Program-made: the position numbers and the translations under genes
Shown here: piece after piece, positions 25,633 to 35,015 of the stretch
Layout of the letters: every line of letters begins with the position of its first letter
Numbering within the stretch: the first letter of the stretch is position 1
Source of the DNA: Clostridiales bacterium
Lineage (GTDB): Bacteria; Bacillota; Clostridia; Christensenellales; CAG-138
Direction of reading: 5' to 3'
Length of the DNA stretch: 64,000 nt
Assembly: GCA_004557245.1 (NCBI GenBank)
Contig: SFEL01000004.1
Span: 10,821 to 74,820 of the forward strand
The notes under the pieces: model-generated
Database searches by the model: none
The model's input: the letters and a program-made list of their open reading frames with translations, nothing else
What the model was told of the DNA's origin: nothing

Positions 25633-26844
25633 TTAGAAGGTCTCCTTGTATACGGCCTCGCCATTGGTGATGGTCATGATTACGGCGTCCTTGATGGGAT
25701 TGTTGTTCGCATCGAAGGTATATCCTGCCTCACTGGTGATGCCTACTACGCTTGCACCTTCAGTTTTGATGGCGTCGATTACTGCCTGCTTGTAGGCGTC
25801 GCTGGCGGGAGCTTCGCCGGTCTCCTCGGCCTTAGCCAGTGCTGCGCACATTACCATGGCGGCGTCGTAGGCGTTGGCTGCGAACATATTCAGCGTATCT
25901 GTGCCGTAGGCTGCGGTATAGGCTTCCTCAAAGGCTTTTACAGCGTCTGTGGAGCCGGGTGCGTAAGCGGAGCAATAGAAGGTGCCCTCAAGCTCTTCGG
26001 CAGAGGCGTACTTCACAACGCCGTCCCAACCGTCGCCGCCCAGAAAGGGAACAGTGAGGCCAAGGGCACGTGCCTGCTTGACAATCATACCGTCATCCTC
26101 GTAGTAGTTGGGGCAGAAGATGAATTCGGGATCTGCGGCCTTGATGTTGGTCAATTGAGCATTGAAGTCCTTGTCGCCCTTGGCATAGCCTTCTTCGGCT
26201 ACAATGGTCATGCCCAGTTCTTCGCACTTGGCCTTGAAAGCCTCGTTCAGGCCTGCGGCGTAGTCGTTGCCGGTCTGAACGATGACAGCGGCCCTGGTGT
26301 AACCCAGCTTTTCATTGGCGTATTGAGCCATCTTTTCACCCTGGAAGGGGTCGATGAAGCAGGTGCGGAATACGTTGGTATAAACAGAACCGTCATCGGG
26401 GTTTACGGTAACTGCCTCGGCAGTGGCGGAGGCGGTGATCATGGGCATATTGACGGCATTTGCCTCGCCGGCAACAGCAATGGTGTTGGATGTGATAACG
26501 TCGCCGATGAAGGCGGTGATGCCCTCGTCTACTTCGCGGTTGAAGGCGTTGATGGCTTCGGCATCATCGCCCTTGTTGTCGTAGGAGATGAGCTCGATCT
26601 TTTTGCCGTTGATGCCGCCCTCGGCGTTTACCTTGTCAAAATAGAGGGTAGCGCCGTTCTTTACAGCCAAACCGTAAACGGCGAGGTCTCCGGTATAGGG
26701 CCCCAGCAGGCCGACCTTGATGGTATCGCCGGAAGCGGCGGAGCCTACAGCCTCATTGCCGCCCTCAGCGGCGGGGGCTGAACAGCCTGCGAAGCATACA
26801 AAGGCCATTACGACGGCCAGGACGGTACAAAGTACTTTTTTCAT
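25633..26844 (-). CDS. livJ: Liv-type ABC transporter substrate-binding lipoprotein
   Basis: MKKVLCTVLAVVMAFVCFAGC has a lipobox. It is followed by a type-I periplasmic-binding fold (IKVGLLGPYTGDLAVYG). The start at 26844 follows GGAGGAACC. Confidence 0.9.
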   Translation of the reverse strand: MKKVLCTVLAVVMAFVCFAGCSAPAAEGGNEAVGSAASGDTIKVGLLGPYTGDLAVYGLAVKNGATLYFDKVNAEGGINGKKIELISYDNKGDDAEAINAFNREVDEGITAFIGDVITSNTIAVAGEANAVNMPMITASATAEAVTVNPDDGSVYTNVFRTCFIDPFQGEKMAQYANEKLGYTRAAVIVQTGNDYAAGLNEAFKAKCEELGMTIVAEEGYAKGDKDFNAQLTNIKAADPEFIFCPNYYEDDGMIVKQARALGLTVPFLGGDGWDGVVKYASAEELEGTFYCSAYAPGSTDAVKAFEEAYTAAYGTDTLNMFAANAYDAAMVMCAALAKAEETGEAPASDAYKQAVIDAIKTEGASVVGITSEAGYTFDANNNPIKDAVIMTITNGEAVYKETF

Positions 26845-26876
26845 TGTTTTGGTTCCTCCAAATAAAATTATTTTTA

Positions 26877-26912
26877 AATAAAAACGGCGGCTCCGCTTTG
26901 CGGAACCGCCGT
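26877..26912 (-). terminator. intrinsic terminator inside the liv operon 5' leader
   Basis: Minus-sense GACGGCGGUUCCG-caaag-CGGAGCCGCCGU (12 bp including one G-U), followed by UUUUAUUU. It lies 14 nt after the small-ORF stop and about 30 nt before the livJ RBS. Confidence 0.7.
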
Positions 26913-26925
26913 CATTTAACACCAT

Positions 26926-27132
26926 TTATGCTAAATTCGATCCTCTCCACAAAGCATTCTTATTTTCGGTAATAATGCATATGCAAATAATGGAAATAAG
27001 GGATATAAGGAAAACGCCCAGCTGTATGCTGAGCGCGTTAATAACCAGTACAGAGGCAGCCATAGATGCAGCACAAGAAGCCTTGGCGTTGACCATGGCA
27101 TTGGCTGTCGCGGACTTAGTGGACTTGAACAT
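26926..27132 (-). CDS. small hydrophobic Ile/Leu/Val-rich protein (68 aa): leader ORF or small membrane protein
   Basis: Near-consensus promoter: TTGACA 27202-27207, 17 nt, TAAAAT 27179-27184 (minus). GGAG RBS 9 nt before the ATG. Sequence MFKSTKSATANAMVNAKASCAASMAASVLVINALSIQLGVFLISLISIICICIITENKNALWRGSNLA. Followed by a terminator. Confidence 0.5.
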   Translation of the reverse strand: MFKSTKSATANAMVNAKASCAASMAASVLVINALSIQLGVFLISLISIICICIITENKNALWRGSNLA

Positions 27133-27420
27133 CTTTGGCGTCTCCTTTCGTTTACTTCGTTTTGTTTACGATGCGGCAATTTTAGCACCATATGATAAAC
27201 CTGTCAATAGAAAATAATATATTTTTTTTGATAAATCTTTATGCATAGTACCGAATAGTCTGTTTTATCCGCGAAATGCGGGCGTAAACCCGGACGAAAA
27301 AATAAAAGCTTTTAAGAACGGCGGTGAAGCATAAAAAATGCGTTGCAGCTATTGCCATATAACACAAGTTATTGTATAATTTCCATATTAGGGAAACTAT
27401 ATATATGGTGGTATGATTTG

Positions 27421-27735
27421 ATGGATAAAACTCATGTAACTATAAATGTGGCGGGGCAGGAGCTTCGCCTTTCAGCCGACGACAGCGAAGCATATATCCG
27501 CAAGATAGCCGGATATGTAAACGATAAGGTGGATGAGGTACAGCGTTCCTATCCCAACCTTAGCACGGCAAACTGCCTCATAATGGCCGCGCTGAACCTT
27601 TCGGACGAGCTGCATAAGCTGCGCGAGGATTACGATGCCTTGGATTCACGCATATCCGAGCTTAGAGAAATGCCAAGGCAGCAGTCTCCTGTCAAGCGCC
27701 CCTTTGAGAGCAAGGCTACCGTAGGGGTAAAGTAA
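27421..27735 (+). CDS. zapA: cell division protein ZapA
   Basis: MDKTHVTINVAGQELRLSADDSEAYIRKIAGYVNDKV... is a typical ZapA N-terminus, with a C-terminal coiled coil. The line-initial ATG at 27421 is preferred over the long track start. Confidence 0.85.
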   Translation: MDKTHVTINVAGQELRLSADDSEAYIRKIAGYVNDKVDEVQRSYPNLSTANCLIMAALNLSDELHKLREDYDALDSRISELREMPRQQSPVKRPFESKATVGVK

Positions 27736-27802
27736 TAGTTATATCCGCAAATACGCGGCTCGGGGCTTATCCTGGGCCGCTTTTTTAAAGGCTGGTTTAT
27801 TT

Positions 27803-29878
27803 ATGATGGAGCTTCTTTCCCCGGCGGGCAGCCGGGAGGCATTGATTGCCGCCGTGCAGAACGGGGCGGACGCGGTATACTTTGGCGGCAGCATGTTCAA
27901 TGCCAGAAGGTTCGCGGCGAATTTTGACGACCATGGGCTTATTTCTGCCATAGACTACTGTCACGAGAGGGGCGTAAAGGTAAATATTACGCTGAACACC
28001 CTTTTGCTTGACAAGGAAATATCCAAGGCGTTGAAATACGCCGAATTTTTATGCAGAACAGGAGCCGACGCTGCTATAGTGCAGGATATGGGTCTTGTAA
28101 GCCTTATACGTAAAAATATTCCGGAGCTTCCCCTACACGCCAGCACACAGATGGGAATACACGAGCTGAACGGCGCAAGGGAGGCTGAGAAGCTGGGCCT
28201 TGAGCAGGTGGTGCTATCCCGGGAGGTGCCGCTGGGGGAGATCGAGTATATACATAATAATACGCCTATAGCCCTCGAGGCCTTTGCCCACGGGGCGCTT
28301 TGCATGAGCTTTTCAGGCGCCTGCCTGCTTTCCTCAATGGCGGGAGAAAGAAGCGGCAACCGCGGCACCTGCGCACAGCCCTGCCGCAAACGCATGGGGC
28401 TTGAATATATGCCGGGCAGAGACGAATACGACCTGAGCCTTGGCGACCTTTGTATGATAGAACATCTTGCGGAGCTGAAACAAGCCGGCGTAAGCTGCAT
28501 AAAATTAGAGGGCCGCATGAAGAGGGCGGAATACGTTGCGGTGGTGACGCGGGCGTACCGGGACGCGCTGGACGGCGCGGATAAAGCCGAGATATCCCGG
28601 CATAAGAAGCGCATGCTGGATATGTTTGATCGCGGCGGCGGCTGCACAGGCTACTTTTACGGAGACAACGCCCATACCGGGTGCATAGCCGTAAGCGATA
28701 GATCAAAGGAACTTATCGAAGAAGCGGCAAACAGCTACGCTAAGGATACACGCAAGCAGCCTGTAGATATGGAACTGCATATGCGCGTAGGTGAGGCTGC
28801 AAGGCTTGCCATGCGCTTAGGCGGCGATAATGTGGAGGCCGTGGGCGACGTTGTACAGCCCGCCCAAAAACCTCAAACCGCCGAAAGGTATATGGAACAG
28901 ACCCGAAAGCTGGGGGATACGCCATTTATATGCGCAGGCATAAGGGCGGATATCGACGAAAAGGCATTTCTTCCTATGAGCGCGGTGAACGCCCTGCGCA
29001 GAGACGCTTCCGCTAAGCTTTTGGAGTCTCTGCATCGGAGAAGAAGCTGCGACAGCGGCGATATTCCAAAGCTTAAAAACCAGCCTGCGGAGCACACCCG
29101 GATAACCGCCATAGCGAGTACGCTGGATCAGGCGAAGGCGGCATTCGGTGCGGGAGCCGACGAGGTGGCGCTGGAGCCCTGGGAATTTCACATTGCAGCC
29201 TTTGAGGCAGCTGCGGCGTTTAAAGGAAGCAAGAAGCTTTTGATATCCCTTCCCGTGGCAATAATAAGCCATAAGGAAGCGGAAAAGATTATGAAGATAA
29301 TCGGAAGCGGCCTTATAGACGGCGGCATAGCGGCCAATGTTGGCCAGCTCGAGCTTATAAGAAGCCTGCCGCTCAGGATAGCGGGGACACAGATGAATGC
29401 CATGAACGGCTATACCGTGCAGGCATATAAGAATATGGGCTTTGACAGAGTGACGCTTTCGCTGGAACTTACCAAACCCCAGCTGCGGGATATTTCAGGG
29501 GCCGGCACTGCTGTAAGCGTATACGGCAGGGCGCAGCTGATGCAGCTTCGCCATTGCCCGGTGAAAGAGTACAGGGGTTGCCGCAGCTGCGATGGCTTCC
29601 CGGGGAAAATGGTCGATGAGGGTGGCAGGGAATTCCCCCTGTGCAACGTGCGGCAGGAAGACGGCTGCCTGGTGCGGCTGCTCAACTGCCTGCCCACCGA
29701 TATAACGGACCTATACGGCGAGCTGCCAAAGCCTGAGGCCGTACAGCTTGCATTTTACGATGAAGGTCCTGAAAAGGTACGGGAGCGCATAGCAGCTGTC
29801 ATGGCGGCGAGAGACGGCAGAAAGGTATCCCCGGCTAAAAACGCCACCCGCGGCCATTGGAACAGGGCAGTAGATTAA
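27803..29878 (+). CDS. U32 family peptidase (collagenase-like) with long C-terminal extension
   Basis: MELLSPAGS N-terminus. U32 signature EAFAHGALCMSFSGACLLSS, followed by GNRGTCAQPCR. Confidence 0.85.
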   Translation: MMELLSPAGSREALIAAVQNGADAVYFGGSMFNARRFAANFDDHGLISAIDYCHERGVKVNITLNTLLLDKEISKALKYAEFLCRTGADAAIVQDMGLVSLIRKNIPELPLHASTQMGIHELNGAREAEKLGLEQVVLSREVPLGEIEYIHNNTPIALEAFAHGALCMSFSGACLLSSMAGERSGNRGTCAQPCRKRMGLEYMPGRDEYDLSLGDLCMIEHLAELKQAGVSCIKLEGRMKRAEYVAVVTRAYRDALDGADKAEISRHKKRMLDMFDRGGGCTGYFYGDNAHTGCIAVSDRSKELIEEAANSYAKDTRKQPVDMELHMRVGEAARLAMRLGGDNVEAVGDVVQPAQKPQTAERYMEQTRKLGDTPFICAGIRADIDEKAFLPMSAVNALRRDASAKLLESLHRRRSCDSGDIPKLKNQPAEHTRITAIASTLDQAKAAFGAGADEVALEPWEFHIAAFEAAAAFKGSKKLLISLPVAIISHKEAEKIMKIIGSGLIDGGIAANVGQLELIRSLPLRIAGTQMNAMNGYTVQAYKNMGFDRVTLSLELTKPQLRDISGAGTAVSVYGRAQLMQLRHCPVKEYRGCRSCDGFPGKMVDEGGREFPLCNVRQEDGCLVRLLNCLPTDITDLYGELPKPEAVQLAFYDEGPEKVRERIAAVMAARDGRKVSPAKNATRGHWNRAVD

Positions 29879-29892
29879 ATTCGGAGATGAAT

Positions 29893-32253
29893 ATGCAGGA
29901 AAAGGTTTTAAAAACACTTGAATACGACAAAATAGCCGAAATGCTGAAGGCTAAAACCGTGACCTGCGCAGGCGCCGAGCTTGCAGAGGGCATTGAGCCT
30001 TACGATACATTTGACAAGGTAAAATCCGCGCTGGCATTTACGGCCGAGGCGGAAACGGTAATTATACGCACCGGCCATTCTCCCATAGACAGTTTCCCTG
30101 ATATGCGGGAATGCCTGAAGCGCATACATGCGGCGCTGTTCGTATCTCCCGTCGAGCTCATGGGCATATCCCGCTGCCTGCGCGTTTCCCGTCTCGCAAA
30201 GGAGGCCGTCGAGAGGGAAGAAAACGTTCCGCTCCTCAGCAACCTTGCGGGGTACATCTCTACCCACCGTTCTGTAGAGGAGGAGATAGATCGATGCATA
30301 CTTGGCGAGGAGGAGATATTCGACGGGGCGTCACCGGAGCTTTCGAGAATACGCCGCTCCATGCGTCAGACAAACGATAAGGTGCGCGAGCGGCTGGGCA
30401 GCATGATACGCTCTGCCGCTTACTCGAAATACCTTCAGGAACCGCTAATAACCATACGCAACGGCAGGTTTGTTATCCCTGTAAAGCAGGAATACCGCCA
30501 GAATGTGCCGGGGCTAATACACGATCAATCCGGCAGTGGGGCGACGCTATTTATTGAGCCTGCCGCGGTGGTGGAGCTTGGCAACCAATATAAAAAGCTT
30601 ATAGCCGAGGAGCAGCAGGAGATAGAGCGTATACTTTCCGAGCTTACCGCCATGGTAGCGCCCTACGGCAGCGAGATAAACGAGAATATAAGAATCCTGG
30701 GCGATATGGATCTGGCGTTTGCCAAGGCCAAGCTGGCCCGGGACATGAACGCTACGGAGCCGAATCTCAATCATACCGGCTATATACGTATAGTGCAGGG
30801 GCGTCACCCTCTCATACCTAAGGAAGCGGTGCGGCCAATAGACATATGGCTGGGCCGCGATTTCAGGACGCTTATAATCACAGGCCCAAACACGGGCGGC
30901 AAGACGGTAACGCTGAAGACTGTGGGACTATTTGTGCTCATGACCCAGAGCGGCATGTTCATACCTGCGGACATTGGCAGCGAGATATCCGTATTCGACA
31001 GCGTATATGCAGACATAGGCGATGAGCAGTCAATAGAGCAGTCCCTTTCCACCTTCTCCTCCCATATGACGAACATAGTAGGCATACTGAAGGGCGCTGA
31101 CGGCAGGTCGCTGGTGCTTCTGGACGAGCTGGGAGCAGGCACCGACCCGGTAGAAGGCGCGGCCCTTGCAATAAGCATACTGGAGGAGCTTCATTCACGC
31201 AATACCGTCACCGTGGCCACTACCCATTACAGCGAGGTCAAGGCATTTGCACTCACCCATGACGGAATAGAGAACGCCTCCATGGAGTTTGACGTTGACA
31301 GGCTGTGTCCCACGTACAGGCTTTTTATAGGCATACCGGGCAAGTCTAACGCGTTCGAGATATCCAAGCGGCTGGGACTGAACGACGGCGTAATAGACAG
31401 GGCCAAGACATATCTGAAGGGCGAGGACGTGCGCTTCGAGGATATAATATCCAGCGCCCAGAGCCGCTATCAGCTGGCGGAGGAAGAGCGGGCGATGGCA
31501 AGCGCGGCACGGCGCGATCTTGACAAGCTCCGCCAGGAGACCGAAACTGAGCGCAGAAAGCTGGAGGCAGACAGGGCGAAGTATCAGGCGAAGGCAAAGG
31601 ATGAGGCGCGGCGCATAGTTGAGGATACGCGCCGTGAGATGGATAAGCTGATAGCCGATATCCGCAGCATAAAGGGCGTGGACAGGAGCGCCGCAGACAG
31701 GGTGATACAGCAGTCCCGTGACGCTCTTCGCAAGCGCCGGGACGACCTTGCCGAAAAGCTGGTGCTTAACAAAGAGGACGGCACCAAGCCGCCCAAGACA
31801 GTCAATCCTGGGGATACGGTCAGAATAGTGTCTCTCGATAAAAAGGCAACGGTGCTTTCCAAGCCTGACTCAAAGGGCGAGGTTCAGGTACAGGCGGGTG
31901 TAATGAAGCTCAACGCAAAGCTTGCGGATCTTCGCATGATGCAGGACGACACACCGCAAAAGGGCGTGGGCAAAATACGTCTCGAGAAGGATCGCCAGGT
32001 AGGAATGGAGCTGGACATCAGGGGAATGCTGGTGGACGACGCAATACTGGTGGTGGACAGGTACATAGACAACGCGGTGCTTTCCGGCCTTACGGAGATA
32101 AATATCATACACGGCAAGGGCACGGGCGCATTGCGTGCCGGAATACAGGATTACCTCCGCACAAACAAGCGGGTGAAATCCTTCCGACTCGGCAACTACG
32201 GCGAGGGCGACGCGGGCGTAACAGTGGTTACGCTAAAGGAAACAAAACAGTGA
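29893..32253 (+). CDS. mutS2: endonuclease MutS2
   Basis: Walker A GPNTGGKTV, MutS domain V LLDELGAGTDP, coiled-coil region, and a C-terminal Smr domain (ELDIRGM...IIHGKGTGALR). The start is 29887 or 29893. Confidence 0.9.
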   Translation: MQEKVLKTLEYDKIAEMLKAKTVTCAGAELAEGIEPYDTFDKVKSALAFTAEAETVIIRTGHSPIDSFPDMRECLKRIHAALFVSPVELMGISRCLRVSRLAKEAVEREENVPLLSNLAGYISTHRSVEEEIDRCILGEEEIFDGASPELSRIRRSMRQTNDKVRERLGSMIRSAAYSKYLQEPLITIRNGRFVIPVKQEYRQNVPGLIHDQSGSGATLFIEPAAVVELGNQYKKLIAEEQQEIERILSELTAMVAPYGSEINENIRILGDMDLAFAKAKLARDMNATEPNLNHTGYIRIVQGRHPLIPKEAVRPIDIWLGRDFRTLIITGPNTGGKTVTLKTVGLFVLMTQSGMFIPADIGSEISVFDSVYADIGDEQSIEQSLSTFSSHMTNIVGILKGADGRSLVLLDELGAGTDPVEGAALAISILEELHSRNTVTVATTHYSEVKAFALTHDGIENASMEFDVDRLCPTYRLFIGIPGKSNAFEISKRLGLNDGVIDRAKTYLKGEDVRFEDIISSAQSRYQLAEEERAMASAARRDLDKLRQETETERRKLEADRAKYQAKAKDEARRIVEDTRREMDKLIADIRSIKGVDRSAADRVIQQSRDALRKRRDDLAEKLVLNKEDGTKPPKTVNPGDTVRIVSLDKKATVLSKPDSKGEVQVQAGVMKLNAKLADLRMMQDDTPQKGVGKIRLEKDRQVGMELDIRGMLVDDAILVVDRYIDNAVLSGLTEINIIHGKGTGALRAGIQDYLRTNKRVKSFRLGNYGEGDAGVTVVTLKETKQ

Positions 32254-32331
32254 CAAGTGCCGTAAAACGGCTGATTTGGACTGTTTTTGCAGATTTATTC
32301 ATACCAGGTTCATATTTGGGTGGTATCATTT

Positions 32332-32796
32332 ATGATAGCAGTTTCAGAGTGCCTGAGCGGCAGGCCATGCCGCTATGACGGCAGGGCAAAACCGGATAAA
32401 GGGGCGCAGGAGCTGGTAAAAGCAGGCGCCGTATGCATATGTCCGGAGGTGCTGGGCGGCCTTGATACGCCCCGCTCACCTGCCGAGATACAGGGCGGCG
32501 ACGGGTTCGACGTGCTGGATGGCAAAGCGAAGGTCGTGAATAAGGCCGGTGAAGATGTTACGGCGCAGTACGTGAAGGGTGCTGAAATAGTCCTTGAGCT
32601 ATGCAAAAAGTACGGCGTTGCAGAGGCTGTGCTGAAGGAGAAAAGCCCCTCCTGCGGATCGAGCCTCATCTACGACGGCAGCTTTACGGGCACACTCAGG
32701 CCGGGCGTGGGCGTTACAGCGGCGCTGCTCCTGCGAAACGGTATAACCGTAAGGGACGAGCAAAGCTGTGCTGAAACGGGAAACAAAGCAAAATAA
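32332..32796 (+). CDS. DUF523 family protein
   Basis: MIAVSECLSGRPCRYDG...CPEVLGGLDTPRSPAEI matches the DUF523 (YbbK-like) pattern. Confidence 0.7.
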   Translation: MIAVSECLSGRPCRYDGRAKPDKGAQELVKAGAVCICPEVLGGLDTPRSPAEIQGGDGFDVLDGKAKVVNKAGEDVTAQYVKGAEIVLELCKKYGVAEAVLKEKSPSCGSSLIYDGSFTGTLRPGVGVTAALLLRNGITVRDEQSCAETGNKAK

Positions 32797-32818
32797 ACGA
32801 AAGGCGAATATTACGGCA

Positions 32819-33499
32819 ATGGATAAAAAAGCAATACTGGTAATAGATGACGACCGCAATATACTGGCGATAATAGAGATGTACCTTAAAAAAGAAGGGT
32901 GTACAGTAACCACCTGCGAGCGGGGCGACACGGCACTTGAGGCTTTCCACAAGGCAAAGCCCGACCTGGTAGTGCTGGACGTGATGCTTCCCGGTATGGA
33001 CGGCTGGGGAGTGCTCGGCAAGATTCGGGAAGAGAGCGACGTGCCGGTTATAATGCTTACTGCAAAGGGCGACACTATGGACCGAATACAGGGGCTGGAT
33101 CTTGGTGCCGACGACTATATGGTAAAGCCCTTCGAGGCAAAGGAGCTTATTGCCCGCATTAAGGCGGTAATGCGCAGAAGCGGCGGACAGAGCGAGGAAA
33201 AGAAAGTATCCTTCGATAATCTGGTAATATCCTTGGATAATTACTCAGTGCTGCTGGACGGCAAGCCTGTGGAAATGCCCCCCAAGGAGATAGAATTGCT
33301 GTACTTTCTCGCTTCCCGTCCGGGAAAGGTATTTACCAGGGAGCAGCTGCTGGAGCAGGTGTGGGGCTTTGACTTTTTCGGAGATTCCCGAACGGTGGAC
33401 GTTCACGTGAAGCGCATTCGGGAAAAGCTGGGCGAGAGGGACGAGTGGCAGCTCAAGACCGTATGGGGCGTGGGCTATAAGTTTGATGTTGCTAAGTAG
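32819..33499 (+). CDS. OmpR-family response regulator
   Basis: Receiver domain (LVIDDD...DLVVLDVMLPGMDG...LTAKG) plus a winged-helix C-terminus (TVWGVGYKF). Confidence 0.9.
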   Translation: MDKKAILVIDDDRNILAIIEMYLKKEGCTVTTCERGDTALEAFHKAKPDLVVLDVMLPGMDGWGVLGKIREESDVPVIMLTAKGDTMDRIQGLDLGADDYMVKPFEAKELIARIKAVMRRSGGQSEEKKVSFDNLVISLDNYSVLLDGKPVEMPPKEIELLYFLASRPGKVFTREQLLEQVWGFDFFGDSRTVDVHVKRIREKLGERDEWQLKTVWGVGYKFDVAK

Positions 33500-33528
33500 A
33501 CAAGATTTTTAACGGGAACATTGGCTAT

Positions 33529-34998
33529 ATGTTCAAAACGCTGTTTTCAAGAATGCTGGCTACATACCTTTCGGTGACGCTGGGGCTGCTGATTCTCCTC
33601 GGCTTTACCGTAGGCACCGTGTTTCAGAACCAGTACAAAACCGAAAAACGCGACGAACTCAAGCGCGAAGCCCAGGAGATAAGCGCAACTGTGACGGAAC
33701 GCTACATAGACAGCGCCAAGCGTGCCATGGCTGAAAAGGAACTCCTGACAATCGCAAGAAAGTATGATGCCATGGTCATACTTCAGTTTGCGGACGAGAG
33801 CCTTGGACGATGCGTGTTCATCGACGAGGAATCTACTGCAAAATGGGCGGGCTGCGACGATATGGATATATCAAGCATCACCAGCGGCATACTTTACGGC
33901 GGCCAAAAGACCGAGGTAAGAAAAATGCTGGGAGACAGGGTAGACATGCCCACCATGTCGCTTACGGGGCCTATAACGAATGAAAACGGCAGGGTGATAG
34001 CGGCTTTGGTGCTGCATACGGATACCAGCCGTATACAGGAGTCCATTCGTCAGGTTACTATGGACGTAATATTGTATTCCTGCATAGGAGTGGTGCTGGC
34101 GATGCTCGCGGTATCGTATATCACGGGCAAAATGACAAAGCCTATCACCGAGATGAACAATATCGTGATGCGCTACTCCAAGGGAGAGTTCGACCTCCGC
34201 GTAAAAAGCGAGGGTACGGACGAGGTAGCCCAGCTCGGGAAAAGCTTCAATATAATGGCATCGGAGCTTAACACGCTGGAGGAGGCCAGAAGAAGCTTTG
34301 TGGCCAACGTTTCACACGAGCTGAGGTCGCCGCTCACCTCGATGAGGGGCTTCCTCGAGGCTATGCAGGACGGCACTATAGCGCAGGAGGATTACGCCAA
34401 GTATCTGGAGATAGTCATAAACGAGAACCGGCGCATGACGTCAATGGTGAACGACCTGCTGGATCTTGCCAGAATAGAGTCCGGCCAGGTAGTGATAAAG
34501 AAAGAAGTATTTGACATAAACGAGCTGATAGTGAGGACCATGCTCACATTCGAGGCGAGGGTGGACGCCAAAAAGCTCAATGTGGAGCTGGATATGAAGC
34601 CGGAGAAGATAGCCGTCGAGGCGGACCCCGGCCAGATAGCCCAGGTGGTGCGGAATCTCATAGATAACGCCATAAAGTTTACGCCGGAGGGCGGCAGCCT
34701 GTGGCTTATCACCAAAGTAAAGAAAAAGGTCGTTACGGTAACGGTCAAGGATTCCGGCAAGGGCATAGACGCCGACAGCATACCGCATCTGTTCGAGAGG
34801 TTCTACAAGGCGGAAAAGGCCCATACGCCCGGAGAAAGCGCCGGCACCGGACTCGGCCTTGCCATAGTAAAGCGAATAATAGATCAGCACGATCAGGATA
34901 TAACCGTGGAGTCGGAGCCGGGAAAGGGAACGAGCTTTACCTTTACCCTCAACGCCGCGGAGCGAAGCGTCAAAGGCGCGGCACAGAAAAAAGCTTAA
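33529..34998 (+). CDS. sensor histidine kinase (2 TM, extracytoplasmic loop, HAMP, HisKA, HATPase_c)
   Basis: H-box SHELRSPLTS, N-box NLIDNAIKFT, G-boxes DSGKGI and GTGLGLAI. Confidence 0.9.
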   Translation: MFKTLFSRMLATYLSVTLGLLILLGFTVGTVFQNQYKTEKRDELKREAQEISATVTERYIDSAKRAMAEKELLTIARKYDAMVILQFADESLGRCVFIDEESTAKWAGCDDMDISSITSGILYGGQKTEVRKMLGDRVDMPTMSLTGPITNENGRVIAALVLHTDTSRIQESIRQVTMDVILYSCIGVVLAMLAVSYITGKMTKPITEMNNIVMRYSKGEFDLRVKSEGTDEVAQLGKSFNIMASELNTLEEARRSFVANVSHELRSPLTSMRGFLEAMQDGTIAQEDYAKYLEIVINENRRMTSMVNDLLDLARIESGQVVIKKEVFDINELIVRTMLTFEARVDAKKLNVELDMKPEKIAVEADPGQIAQVVRNLIDNAIKFTPEGGSLWLITKVKKKVVTVTVKDSGKGIDADSIPHLFERFYKAEKAHTPGESAGTGLGLAIVKRIIDQHDQDITVESEPGKGTSFTFTLNAAERSVKGAAQKKA

Positions 34999-35015
34999 AC
35001 ACTTGGAGGCAGTAT

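Noticed and set aside
26845-26975. Antiterminator helix and CodY box for the liv leader
   Set aside because: I found no upstream segment convincingly complementary to either terminator arm. The best CodY-like string (tATTTTCgGtAAt at about 26960) matches only about 9/15 positions. Neither is reported as a feature, and the mechanism is left open in the finding.
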